From assembly GCA_973895155.1 (NCBI GenBank), contig OZ316894.1:2496457-2560456 (forward strand): a stretch of 64,000 bases of DNA. The letters are read 5' to 3'. This DNA comes from Marsupella aquatica (lineage: Eukaryota; Plantae; Marchantiophyta). The notes under the pieces were generated by a model, which was not told the origin of the DNA, ran no database searches, and saw only the letters and a list, made by a program, of their open reading frames with translations. The first letter of the stretch is position 1. Each line of letters opens with the position of its first letter. Made by a program: the position numbers and the translations under genes. Below are positions 24,957-37,891 of this stretch, one piece after another.

Positions 24957-27900
24957 TCAGTCGCTTTGACGTCCCAAGCTATGAATGACAATCTTAATAA
25001 CGAAATGTCTCTCTTGGTCACTGACGAAAGGCATTATTAGCTGCTGTCCATGAGAGGGGCCGGTGGAGGGAGTGTGTCACACGTACCACTGGCTCAAGAG
25101 AAACCAACTTTGCTGCAGCAACGTTAGATGTGAGGGAGTCTCTGACTTAAAGGAAGCTGCCAGTGCCACTATATTGTAGTTGACAGAGAAGAGATGGGTA
25201 TCTTACCTTGGCCACAGACAGAAGGTCCGTGTAAGGTAGACTATTTTTGTGTATACACTCGGCTAATTCGAAGCTGAAGTACTAGCAGTCACTCTCCAGA
25301 ACTGAAGTGAGAAGCACCAATCAACAGAGACCCCAGCACAGAGTGATGAGAAGCAGCTGCGAACTTAAAATATAGGGCAGTCGATTTCAGTTAGAAACAG
25401 TTTCAAGACAATTTTAAAGCTTGTAGGAAATGAAGCTTCAATTTTAATTACTACTATTGTACCTGAAGAGCCATTGCTGGAAGAGAATCCTCGTCTGCAA
25501 GTGCTTCTGAGTGATGCTCTGTTCTGTGCTCACAAAGCTCCATACGCCTCCAATCTCCGACCGCTGTCCCGCCTGCTCCATCAATTGAACTTAACGTCTT
25601 GTTTCGAGACATGTTTCGTCGCCACTTCTCGATCATATTCCGGTTCTGCTACAGAAATTAATGATGACACCTCGAATCAACTCCATCAACTTCTTCGTGG
25701 AATCAAGTGTCTAGCTTGGATCTTACCAATTCATGGTACAGAGTCACTCGAATCTGCTGCTCCGTTTCGAGCTTAGGCTTTGGAGCACAAAATTCCTGTA
25801 GATTCCTCCGCCCTGGACGAACTGCCTCCTGGTCCAATCCCTCTCCTGCGTTGCTCACAGCCGGTTTCCCAGGACCATCGAGCTCAAACGGAAGTGTGCT
25901 GTCTTTCGATAGGCCCTACGCAACACGGGAGAGCAAAATTTACTGTACTGCTAGGGGGAGCGAACTCGCCACTGGGCTACTAAGCCAGCCAGTCCGAAGC
26001 TTGAGCGTTGAGGGGCGCCAAAAGGAGGCAGGCCCTTCAAGGAATCACCTTCTCACCTGTAGGTTCGACGGACTCCGAGCTCGATTGTCTATCTCCCATA
26101 GCTGTACTTCCAATAAACTGGTCTCATGAACGTTCATAACCCCACATGCCATTATGTTGCAATGTTCGGGGTTCTCAACCTGAATTCTCCTTTCCAATAT
26201 CATTCTGGGAACGTGGCCTCTTGCTTCAACCGGCAATGCTTCCCAAAACTCTCTCCATTGCTCGTTCTTGAGTTGTCGTTCAGTGTACCCCATTGAAATC
26301 TTCAGAAACTCAATGACAGCCGCATTGACTTGATAGAGCCATTCCACTGGTGTGTCGTTCGCAATGAACGTCTGTCGCGCATTCGCCAAAAATTCTCGAA
26401 TCTCAGCCTGCACTTGCGTCAATTGTTCACAAGCACGAAACACTTCATCCATCATCTTGTCCTGTGTTTGCTTTCGAAGCTCCTCCTCTACATGGGACCT
26501 TTGATCCATCCGTTGGACCACTTCTGAAACAATCCTGTCAAACTCCTCCTCAGAGACTGGGAGACTGGGGCTGAATTCCGAATTTCTCTTCTTGAACTTC
26601 CTCGGCATGAGATGCTCCCGCTGCTCTCGAGCTCCATGCTGGGCAGCGTAACTGGTGAGTGCTGCGTGCCCTTTCCAATGGACTACCGCGCCCTCCAATT
26701 CGTCTATCTTGGCTTGCTTGTTCCTTTTGTCGTCCTCAAGAACACTCATTTGATTAGCCAAGTCAGCCATGTGTGTGCGCATTTCAACAATTTCGTCACC
26801 TTCCCTGGATTTTGCTTCTGCGGCGTCTCTTTCAACGATGAGCTTTTTGATCTCGAATCGGGCTCCTGCTAACTGCCTCTTCAATCTGGTCGTCTTCTCA
26901 ACCTCTGCCTCCAATAGAGCTCGATCATCCTCTGATTTCCGCTCAGCATTCCACCTCTCTAGCCTCTCGTTATCCCACAGAACCAGAATCTCATCATTGG
27001 TGTCTTTCACATCTTTAAGAATCTGTTGGGACTCTGCACTACTACCCTCTAGTTTCCTGATCTGCGCCTCTTGCACCTTCTGCTCCTGCTCATGCTGGGC
27101 TTGAAGCGATCCACGTCTTCGGCCAGCTTCTGGCGCTGCACCTCGGAAATTCTCAGAGCTTCGTCTGAGCTTGACAAAAGAGATAACAAATTCATCCGTT
27201 TGGTGTCCAGTACTTGGTACTCCTCCAGTCCATGTCTACCAACATCACGGAGCTCCTTGATCATCCGTGCAAAAGGCATGGATGGGTCTGGGTCGTCGCT
27301 TGAAGATAAGACCTCTTTCACCCAAGCTTGACGATATCCCTCAGCCTCTGGCACTGCCTCGTCTCCATATTCTTCCGTTGTTGCTGCCGCAGTTGCAAGG
27401 TCAGAGCCAATCGACCTTACTCTTTGTTGGAGCACTTTCGTGCCCACCTGACGTACCTTTTGCAGTTTCTCTCTATGTTCCCCCACATTAGGTACCGCCA
27501 ACTCTCCTTGTGTTATTTTCACGAATGGAACTCTACTGCGAAGCAATAAGTAAACGCACACGTAATTGAAACTGGTGCCAACTCCATGATATTTGTGATC
27601 ACAAGCTTTCCGATTCAATCCCCATTTCCACCATCCTAGCATCCCTTCTGGATGTCCTTTAATATCGAGCAGAACTAGCAAGTCCCGTTTGGAAATCGAT
27701 GATGGCTTCACGCTGACGAACACTCTCTCCTGCATTAGAATTGCCCATTGCTTCAACGCTGGATCGAAAAAGTCGCTATAAACAGTGTAGATGACATCAA
27801 ATTTCGTGACTTCACAATATCCCCAATTGTGTCTGGCGAGAGTAATTCAGGTGCATCCTTTGGCGAGAATGTGAAATCTTGTTTCTCCAACCGTAAGGCC

Positions 27901-28127
27901 TCTACAATCATCTCGTTGGTCATCCAGTAATGGGTCCCATCCAAGTCCTCCAAGGAGAATCTCTTGGGTTGGATGCTGATTCCTTTCGTGACTCGGCCAG
28001 ATTCTGCTCTCTTCCCAATCTCATAGAAATTGATTTGGATGAAGTTGAACAGTCCTGTCGCTTCGAGCAGATCGCTCAACAGTACCAAGGTCTTCGAGGT
28101 AACCGGGGTCAGTTGGCCTGGTGCCAT
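24957..28127 (-). pseudogene. Orphan multi-exon gene/pseudogene: TE-like N-terminal domain plus long coiled coil, with two 1-nt frameshifts
   Basis: ORFs 27753-28166, 27049-27756 and 26045-27076 join into one frame if 1 nt is restored near 27803 and near 27106. The large exon ends at CAG|GTGAGA (26057). Open phase-0 exons follow at 25915-25727, 25645-25463 and 25281-25207, with tentative 25112-25087 and 24978-24957 (stop). ATG at 28127 is tentative. Confidence 0.6.
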
Positions 28128-28291
28128 GCCGTTTCCTCCCTCACCTACAGTCGCTCCAAGCAGCACTCCTTGTGCTAACCAAGCTTACGATTAATTTTGG
28201 TCGAAAGATTCATGCGGGAAAAGTGGAGAACGGCATGTAGCGAAGATCCAAATACCAATGTCAACTTACTTTCTTACTTGATTGAGTTCGG

Positions 28292-28623
28292 CTACAATCT
28301 TTTGTTGATTTCGAAGGGCCGGTTGTGTTTTTACTGACAGGTCAGTTCATTTTCCTGTTTAGCCTTCCTCGAAATATTCATTATACAGTAGGAGGTAGTT
28401 TCGATATGGCGGCGATACCATTAATTGCGATGGCTATCACGTGTGGACGATTGTGTGCTGCTGCAATCTTGTGTTGATTGCGCAGGGACGGCTGTGTTTT
28501 ACCCAACGTTTAGTTCAATTTCCTGCTCTCCTGTTGAGCCTTCCTCGAAAACATTCACTATACAGTACGGAGGAGTTTCGATATGGCGGCAATACCATTA
28601 ATTGCGATGGCTATCACGTTCGC
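28292..28623. repeat. Diverged tandem duplication, 2 x ~170 bp
   Basis: Both units contain agccttcctcgaaa...gtttcgatatggcggc.ataccattaattgcgatggctatcacgt. Confidence 0.85.
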
Positions 28624-29762
28624 CCAACAAATCTTGTGGCAATGGTTTCTTAGTATCGCTTGCACTCTTAATTGTTGAGCAGTACTGTATCTCCTACTGT
28701 TGTGAGCACCTAGAGCTCAGGAAGCCTTCGATACTGACATGCAAAATGGCTATAATCCTGATTTTCTTCTGCAGTATTTGCTGGCTTTCAGCTCACGCTG
28801 CCTCGTCCTTCTGCCCGTCTGCCCGCCTGCCCACATTGCCTGCTCCTTCTCCTTCGGAATGGACTCTCGCATACAGTATTAGTACCACAGCCAGAGCGTG
28901 GGTGAATTGGACTGGTACCATAGCCAGAGAGAGTGTGATGGTTTGATTGAATGGCGGATTGATCAACACTGTTGAAATTAGGGAGGGCAACGGGCTTTAG
29001 GCGAGGACTGGCGTAGTTCCTCAACATCATCGATTGCTGAGTGGGTTTTCTGTTCCCCGTCCAGCACTTTTTATTCAAAGGTGAAGACTCCACGACAACG
29101 AGGGTCTACGAGACTGGGCGAAGGGGCAGAACATCCCCACAGCAATCAGCCGCAACGGGTTCCCACACAGGAACAGATTGAGATTGGCGAGTGGTGAGTG
29201 GTTTAGCAATTCGTCTCATGTTAATTTGGTGTTGGTATAACTGATTTATCTCATCTGGTAATCGTTTTTCGTTTTTGTTCCATGTTTGTCCTTTTCTTTT
29301 TGTGGACGGCTAGGACGCTGGAGTTGCTCGAGTTCTTGTGGCGGATAATCGGATCTTTGTGTGGAAACCGGAGTAGTTCAAGCAGGCTGAGATGTGTGAA
29401 TATCGTTGGGGTTGAATTTCTTTTCTGTGTCGTCCCCAGTGGCTCTTCGTACTAGGAGAATAATTAGGCTGAAGACTCTGGAGCGGTCGTTGGCTCCGAG
29501 AAGGATCATAAACAGGGAGCACATCGCGGCGGACACGTATAAAGATGGCCCACTAGTTGTATTGGTTATTTACTCTCTACGGAAGTTGTGGTTCGGAGTG
29601 CGTGCTACGACCAGCTTCGACTATTGTAGCAGCAAATTTATACACGAGGTTTGACGATGATGGTTGTGAGTAGAAGGTGATTGAGAAGGGGCCCGGCTGA
29701 CTGGCCAAAACTTTCACGACGGAGGAGACCACTGAGTACAGCAGGTGATCTCAGACACAGGG

Positions 29763-32593
29763 ATGGCGACTCAAATGCTTTGCACTTGCATTAGAGCGGA
29801 ATCATTGCGTTGGAATGGGTTGGGGGCCTCGTCATTGAAGAAATCCGGGTTGACCTCACGGACCTTGAAATGGCAGCCTCGGCACTCACGGCGTTTCTCC
29901 GGAACGTCAGCTGCCCTGGAAAGCGAAGGGTTCACTGGAGGGGAGTCCTCGTCGTTCAAGTCTCCAAGGTGCGTCGTGAGTGTGGACTGTCTAGTTGGGT
30001 CAGCAATCATGGATTAGTCAAGTGAGAAGGTTGGAATTAGATCTGTGAGGTAGCAGAGCAATTCTTTCGCGTTTTTGCCATAGAACCCCTGTGAGTTTGG
30101 GACTCTCAGGAGAGAATGTATGATAAAGTGAGTGAATCAATGGATGGGTGAACGAATTTGAAGTACACCAGAGCCCAATTAAATGGACCTTGGAAGTAGA
30201 CCTGTGAGGTAGCGGAGCAATTCGTTTAACCATAGAACGCCTGTCAGTTCGAGACTCTCAGGAGTGAATGTACGAAGAATGAATGAATGAATTTGAAGTG
30301 TAGGGGACCCAATTAAATCGCCATGGGACCAATACTTATGAATGTTGCCGAATCCAAAGACTAATTATTCCACGGAAAGCAGGGTAGCGAAAAGGGTTGG
30401 GCTGGTTTGTAGGCGATACAGAGAGATGGATTTTTTAACATAGTTTGTTTCCAGCACACGAAGACTCTCCTCAATTCTGTGTGGATGTGGGCAGTGCGGA
30501 CGACCCCTACGGCGATGGCACGTTTTGCATAATTGAAGGTCGGGACACATTGTTGGATTTCGCACCGATGCAACTTCAGGAAATTCGTGAGCACACCAAC
30601 ACGAGGCGTAATAAAATATTTTTGTTAATGGAAGAGGTATTCTGCTGGATCTCCGGACTGCTAAGGCTCTTAAAGCTGTGAACTAGATTACCTCTGCAGA
30701 CCATTAGGTTAGAGGAATATGCTGTTGTGATGTTGATCAATCAATCCTCGCTCTTTGATTCCAAACTGGGTAATCCGTTATTCTCTTCGTAGGTATCTCC
30801 CCCAGAAGTAAAGGTGGCTTACTTCCTACAACCTAACAATACTGCAGGTGAGGAGGTTACGAATTCAGCAGCGGGTCAAAGCTGTCGATCAAAGTTTGCC
30901 ACTGGACGATGAGGCTGAGGATATTCCATCGTTTCCATCTGTCATCCCCTTCTTGCCGCCTCTGGTAAGAATTTAGTCCTACTATGTCAGCACATGCGTT
31001 TGCTGTACGTTGAAGGCAGTAGCACAACAGTATAAAGTGAATAGTTTTCAGGTATATTTATTTAACGAACTTGAGAGGAAGGTATGGGAAAGAACACTTC
31101 ATTCTTTGAAGTCCTGAATGACCTAAATTTGGAGAATGTCCACAGGAGAGGATTTCTGATCTGTTTCCTTGTTTTTGGGCCATCAGACAACACACACCTT
31201 GAAGAATTACTACGTAACGTGCTTCTCGCTCATTTCGGGCATCATGCTCTTCGCAGGATTGTTGGCTCCCGCGGTAAGTTACAGGGCGATTCTACTATCG
31301 GATATATATACCTGCATTGCTTTTCCTGGGCTTGTCTGAGATCGAAGTGTAAATATCTCTCTGATGGCAACCAATCCATAATATGTTCATTGATAGTTTT
31401 GTTAGTTTTAAGTTTTCCTGGGTTCCAACAAGCCGTCTGACTGTTGATAACAATATTGGGGCGATTGTGTGGGTCCGTCAAATGTATGTTTTGACACCAG
31501 CTGGAGCTGAGGCTTGGAATCGGTGGCACTGTCTACTCGGACTTCATTCGTAATATGCATTTGCCCCAACAACTGAGGTATGTGCCCAACTAACAACCCA
31601 AGGTGCAATTTTGGTGCCTCGGCCCTAAGATGTGAAATATAAAATTTACAGGTCCCCTATAACTGGAAAGAGCCAATCTGGTCAGGAGATGTGAACTAAG
31701 ATTCATAACCAGCATAACTTCGTCTCAGGCGGGCACGACTCTAGACATAAGCTTTTGCTGCATGTTCACAAGAGGTATGAGAAAGTAATAATTGCATTTG
31801 TCTTCTTGCAGTCAAGTGGACCCTATTGTAGCTTCCTTCTCAGGTGGCGCAGTTGGGGTCATATCGGCTTTAATGCTTGTTGAGCTTAACAATGTCAAAC
31901 AACAAGAACACAAGCGTTGCACGTACTGCCATGGAACTGGTATGATGGTCCTTGTATCATTTTATGCTGTCTCATTTTTCTCACATAACAAAAACCAGCT
32001 CTGTGAAGCCATGTAGTTAACCTCTGTGAGGTGAAAATTGATCTTCGCTGGCCATACACTGGAATTAGGCAGGGTTTAGTGCTTCTGATTCTTGGGACAT
32101 TTCTTGCAGGATACCTGGCTTGTGCTAGGTGTTCAGGGTCTGGAACACTTATATCGAAAGAGTCACTAGTATCTACTGGTGGTGGCACCAAAACTATGTC
32201 AAAATCAACGTCTACAAAATGCAGTAACTGTGCCGGGGCGGCTAAGGTGATTATGGCATTGCATTTGCATCGGATCTAGCTTTTGGTGCCTTTTTTGCTT
32301 GAGTTTTCTGAGCTTAAGTTGCAGCATCATGTCACTCTCTTTCAAAGCAAGTGTACACTGTTTATTTTGAATCCATATACAAAGCAGATTGAGACTTGGT
32401 ACGCCTGGACTTGTGGAAATCTGCATCAATATGTGGCTAACTTCAAACCTACTTACGGAGTAGTTTTGGGCAAGTACATTGGTGTCTGAACCTGGAATCC
32501 ATATTTTTGCAGGTTATGTGCCCCACTTGTCTCTGCACAGGGATGGCTCTGGCCAGTGAGCATGATCCTCGAATTGACCCCTTTTCCATTTGA
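29763..32593 (+). CDS. OR: ORANGE (OR) DnaJ-like zinc-finger plastid chaperone, 8 exons, ~341 aa
   Basis: Exons 29763-29968 (transit-peptide-like, less certain), 30444-30636, 30848-30964, 31187-31273, 31501-31577, 31812-31939, 32110-32246 and 32513-32593 are in phase. Motifs FCIIEG, RRNKIFLLMEEVRRLRIQQR, QVDPIVASFSGGAVGVISALM, four CxxCxxxG-type repeats and ASEHDPRIDPF. Confidence 0.95.
30040..30320. repeat. Diverged tandem duplication (~160 bp period) in OR intron 1
   Basis: ctgtgaggtagc.gagcaattc...ccatagaac...gactctcaggag.gaatgta...gaatttgaagt...cccaattaaat occurs twice. Confidence 0.8.
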
Positions 32594-34150
32594 AGGATTT
32601 TCTCAAACAAGATTGATTGCAGCAATGTGAAAGACTGAAAAACCCTTCCCATAGATATGCCTCGTTTATGCTTCTCAGCTGGAAACGAACAGGAATACGA
32701 ACACGAACTTGTACTCTTTAATCTAGGAAAACGCTTGCATGGAGTGAGATCGGTGTATCTTTTTGTGTACTTTAATGCCAAGCTTATTCCATGATTTAGC
32801 ATTTGATTATGAATTGATCCCAGTTACTACTGGAAATTATTTAGCTAATCACATTTAATTGTCCCTTCCACAGAGACGATACCAAAGGTTTAGGAAAATA
32901 GTCTTGAGGTGGAGATCGGACTTATTTTCACCTGGTTGTTATTGAAGGGATACCACTATGGATTGTAGATGTGCGCTTGGAAATAGCTTTTCTTGCCTAA
33001 TTGTGAGGGTAGTCCCATTTTGTATCTGATGATCTTTGGACGTTTGGAGCTACTTTCCCTTGGCTTGCAGTGAATGAAAATTACAACACAACCCTTTTTT
33101 GGGGCCCATCTGCACGTGTCCGCAACCACAGTAAAGTTCATCGTTTTAGCGATATTGCGCTCCCCCCTTCTGTGATATATGATGACAGTTGACGACAGTG
33201 ACCCTGGTGTCCATAGTCAGGCCTCGTTTATGGCTCCCACCCCTAACTCTGGAAGAACCTTTCCAACTTGCATATGTTTTTATCATGGCCTCCGGTTGGA
33301 AGTTTCGAACAGAAGTTTGCCAGCCTTTCTGTAATTTCAATTGAACCATGAAATGTGGAGAAGAAGGTTATTGCGTATCAGAAAACTTCGGATTGTTGAC
33401 TTAGTGTGGATATTTGTTTGGGTGTCTTCAAATACTCCCGCAACATGATTGTTTAATAGTTCGGAGAACAGATGTCTAGAGCTTTACTCCTGAAATACGA
33501 GCAGCTTAGTTCTTCAACATTATCAGGGTTTTTTATCATCCTCCAAGACTTTCTTCAAGGCGGGTCTCCAATATTTACTCAGGAAAGGTGGAAAGTTTTT
33601 ATAGAGGATGAACTCTGGATGTGAATCTTTCGTGTGGAATATTGTAGATGGTATCCGAGTTTTGCAGGACATAGTGGTCCGGAATTTAGACATTCAATAG
33701 CTGCATTGATTCGCTATTCAACCGACCATTTCGTATCAAAGTGATTACGAGGTCAGCTAAATGGTTCAGCAACTACACCGAAGATCTAGAGGAACCAGTC
33801 TGAGATTCCTGTCAATGACAAAAATTATCCTGGCTTCTGTTAGCATCCACTGTTGCACTGTTGCCACTACATGTCATAAGAATGAACGATATGTTGCATT
33901 ACTCTTTGAACCTTACATGTCAGAAATATTAACGATTGACATACTCACTATTCTTTGAACCCTCCACTGGTAATCAACGTAGTACTTCAAGACTCGAGTA
34001 CTTACCACTTAAAAAAATGTCCAACACAAATGATCGGAGTTATCTTATTAACTTGGATCAAGAAGACATTCCATACCTTACCATCTCTGTAAAGACACGA
34101 TGCTGGACTACGGGTTTCCTCAATTGAACTAGCTGCTGATGCTAGCCTGC

Positions 34151-34402
34151 TCCTGGATCGATGGTCATGGTTCTGCCTGGAATCTTGAGAGATGAGCGCA
34201 CCATCACATGCAGCCGACCTTGATGAAGCCCAATGAAGACTGACAACCAAATTCTGTTCGTGACGGGGACTATCAATCAACTCCTGGGTCGATGATCATG
34301 GTCCTGTCTGGTAGTCTCGAGAGATGAGCGCGTCATCACAGTCATCCACCTCGATGAAGCCCCTGAAGACTGACAACCAATTTCTGTTTGTGACGGGGAC
34401 TA
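34151..34402. repeat. Diverged tandem duplication, 2 x ~125 bp
   Basis: tcctgg.tcgatg.tcatgg...gagagatgagcgc...tgaagactgacaaccaa...gtgacggggactat occurs twice. Confidence 0.85.
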
Positions 34403-37094
34403 TGGTAGGGATCCACTGTAAGGATGGGGTTCTTGCACTAGTGAAAGGGTAGGAATTTTTGTCTCCTGGTGACGAGGACCCCAATGGCAGTAATGTGTTG
34501 GATCGGGATCTGGGAAAAGATGGAGAGGAATGAGGTCATGAAACGGTAATTTTCGAGTGAATGCTGATCAGCATTGCGTATGTATATGCTCCTGGCCTCG
34601 GTTTTCCTGTTGGCAGGTTAGCGAAGGTGTCTTTGTCGGCCCCGAGTTGTGAGCTGGAGTCGGAGATTCTACCGACAACGCATGGAGCCAATCACTGTCG
34701 AACGACGTAATCACGGAATCCTCCTCGGATGAACCCCCAGTCGATCATCCGACACCTTCGAGTAAACCATCAGGACATCTCTGTCTGCCCAAGCTTGCGA
34801 GCTGGACGGCGATTATTTTTAACTATTGAGCGACTCCGGGGACGCCCCATTCTCCTCGGACGAACCTTATCGGACCCCTGCACAGACAGTGGCGAACCAC
34901 AGAATTTACAGGTGCTGTTTGAACCGTATACGCGAAAATGTACCGCTCCTCAACTTTCTATTGCTAAAACAGACGACTTATTGAAGAAATCTCTCGAGGC
35001 AAAAAACCAAGAAAAACAGAGGTACATTATTAGTGAACGCTTGGGGAGAACACATGATGCACAAGCTGTCCTGCAGCACTTGTGGGAATAGCTACCTTAA
35101 AGTCTACCAGGGACAAGTCCAGTAAGTTGGTAGCAGCTGTGAGAATAGCTACAGGACCTAAAAGTTAAGAGGAAGAATTGATGTCCAGTTGGTTTCTAAT
35201 TTCTATCTCATCTTTTCTTCAAATAAGGTTGTCTCGGACATGGGACCTGCCTTAAAAATTGCAATGAGTAAGCAGAGGCTTGATTTCTTGATTTGATACC
35301 TGGACCTGCTTCTTTCCAAACGCAGCATGGCCCTTGGACCAGAATTTTCAATTCGGCCCTACGTACGTTTTCGAAGTGCAGGGGCTTTGCTTTTCAGGGA
35401 AGACTGATCGGACGTTGAATGTAGACAATACTACACTATACTGCCGGCTTTGACGAAGGACTGATACTTGAAACGAAATCTAGGGTTTGGCCTCTACATT
35501 ATTTGCACATAAGCAGGAGCGGCACTCTCAAAGTGGATTTGGCTGTGAGAGATTGGTCAAAGAAATACGATTGCAAGACAGCGACCTCCCTCAGTAGACC
35601 TCAAATCTATCGTTTTGACGAAGGACTTCTAGTTTTACTTGGAAAGATATTCTAAATTCTTAAATCCACTTCATAGGTTTTTCCTTTCTCTTTGCTCTAA
35701 TGTCGTATTTGGCAGAAAGACTTTCGTCCAGGCAGGTTCTTTGACTTCGATCTTCATGATTTGTACAGCATCAGGAGCTACCTACTCAAAGCCTCTGCCA
35801 AGTGCCAAACTCTACAGTAGTGACTTTGCACATCCTTGAAATGGACACCGAGGTCAGTAAAAAATGTCCAACAGCATTAGCTAGCAAGGGCACAAATTCT
35901 AGCGCAGATGATCAAATTTCAATGTGGGACAGCAGCACTGATTCTCAGAGCGTACTGAGCTGGTCGGAAGCTCGTCATGCTACAGTGGGTAGTAGCAAAT
36001 TCCATCGATTCACCTCATTGAATCGAGAGCAGCGCTCGACCCAGTGACAGAATCACAAGGGGGGCCTAAATATTGCATCGATAGACTGATAGCTTCGACT
36101 GCACATTCGACTTCTGTCGATTGACTGGAGTGGAGACTTCTACTCTTCGTAATGCGCGAACCTAGGAACCCAATACGCGAATGGCGCGTGGCCACTGGAG
36201 GTCACGGATCGCGCATGACTGCGGCTGCGTCGTCGTCGTGCATGGCGTTGGATTGAACGAAAGCAGCAGACACGTACGGTGGGAGATGCAACAGGTTGTT
36301 GAGGGCCAAAGCCCAAATGTGTGGGGGGGACAAGATTATTGATGCGCGTTCCAAGGTTATGTATACATTTATTCCTGCATAGAATAACTATTGGAAATCT
36401 GTTTCGTCCCTGAGAAAAAAAATGTTTAGGCCATTGGGCCAACAAACAAACTCCGAAAAAAAAACATTATGTGAAAATTGTAGTAATCTTTCTGGCATGT
36501 TAAACAAACACTGACTTAAACACTGATTTATCAGTGTTGTCGGAGGACTGAAATCTACAGACACTGTTTAGGCTGTTGGGCTACGAGACATAAGAGTAAT
36601 AAGGTTTTGTGGGGCCTGCACTAAAATGATATTCCCTGTAGTATTTGGGTGTCTCAAAACTCTCGAGTTGCTGGTTCAGGGTTAGTCCCATAACTTAGGT
36701 TTTGAGACCAAGTTATCAATTTAAAAAATTGAGGGTAGGCAGCATTGACAGGCCTACACGCCCCATGAGGCACAGGTTATGGTCTCACCTCAGTCTCAAA
36801 ACATATTCCTTTTCCTTCGACTTGGTAAGCTGCCCCCGAATGCAGTACGATTGTGTGTCAGGCCCAAAGCCCATCTAACTTCAACGTTCATTGCAACTTT
36901 TGGGATTACCATACTACACTAGTGGTTTGCACCTAGATTTTATCTATACTTCTAGACCACCTCGAACATTCAAACTCTGGCTCCTTCATCTAAAGGATTT
37001 GCACTTGTTGAACAATATTTCAAAAGATATTTGGTTTGAAGTTTATCTTTATAACAAGAAGTGACCCATCACAAGTGACACTCGTCCTGTAACG

Positions 37095-37190
37095 CCACCC
37101 TTAGCTAGGACCTCCTGGCTACACTTGGGGCACTCACCTGTAAAGCCATCCTTGTCTAGGACCTCCTGGCCGCACCTGGGGCACTCATCT
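37095..37190. repeat. Tandem duplication, 2 x ~51 bp
   Basis: ctaggacctcctggc..cac.tggggcactca occurs twice. Confidence 0.75.
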
Positions 37191-37350
37191 CCTTTGCCTG
37201 AGGGCACAAACCCCAAAAACTCCTCATAAGCGGGCAGGGTTCCGTGCCCAGGGTTTGGGAAGGAACCCTGCATTTATGGCGCACTGGCTAGCAAAATATT
37301 TTTATGGTCACGTTATGTTACATCGTTGTCCAGTCAACTCTGGACCTGTG

Positions 37351-37610
37351 ATTTGGTGAATAATCATTAAAACTGTCTTTGTAGCAACCATTTTGGTGAA
37401 TATTCACTACAACTGTTGAAATTTTTTGGTGAATAATTACTAATACTGTTGAAAAAACCTCTTTTGTAGCCCATTTTGGTGAATATTCACTAAAACTGTT
37501 GAAATTGATATTGGTGAATAATCACTACAACTGTTGTTAAACCTCTTTGCAGCAGCCATTTTGGTGAGTATTCACTAAAACTGTTGAAAGACCTCTGTGT
37601 AGCAACCCAC
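37351..37610. repeat. Array of six ~28-bp palindromic-core repeats arranged as ~84-bp dimers
   Basis: ttggtgaata(t/a)tcact.aaactgttgaa at ~37352, 37392, 37425, 37475, 37511 and 37560, alternating taat and tatt variants. Confidence 0.85.
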
Positions 37611-37891
37611 TTCACCGGGGAGGAATGTTTCTAAGGGTAAAGCCATGGGCGACAAAGGCCGGAAATGCTCCCTTGACCAGCCACAAACGAATTGGGGGCC
37701 ACCCACTTCCTCCTCTCCCTGTTTCTTGGAGAAAGGATGACAAGGACAAAGCGGGCTCGAGGGCCCCGGGACTCCATTCTGCCTACAACGGTCGGGAGGG
37801 ACTGGACAAGACAGATGACATTGGGGTTTCAGTTGGTGTCAAGTAGAGGATTTGGGGGCATGCCCACTGGACGACGACAGCATACCTCTCG

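Noticed and set aside
30598-30612. OR 'golden' Arg-to-His allele
   Set aside because: The sequence reads TRRNKIF, i.e. the ordinary Arg form.
37351-37610. CRISPR array (palindromic ~28-bp repeats ending GTTGAAA)
   Set aside because: Linkers are only ~5-25 bp, uneven and similar to one another; the repeats are degenerate; there are no cas genes; the context is eukaryotic.
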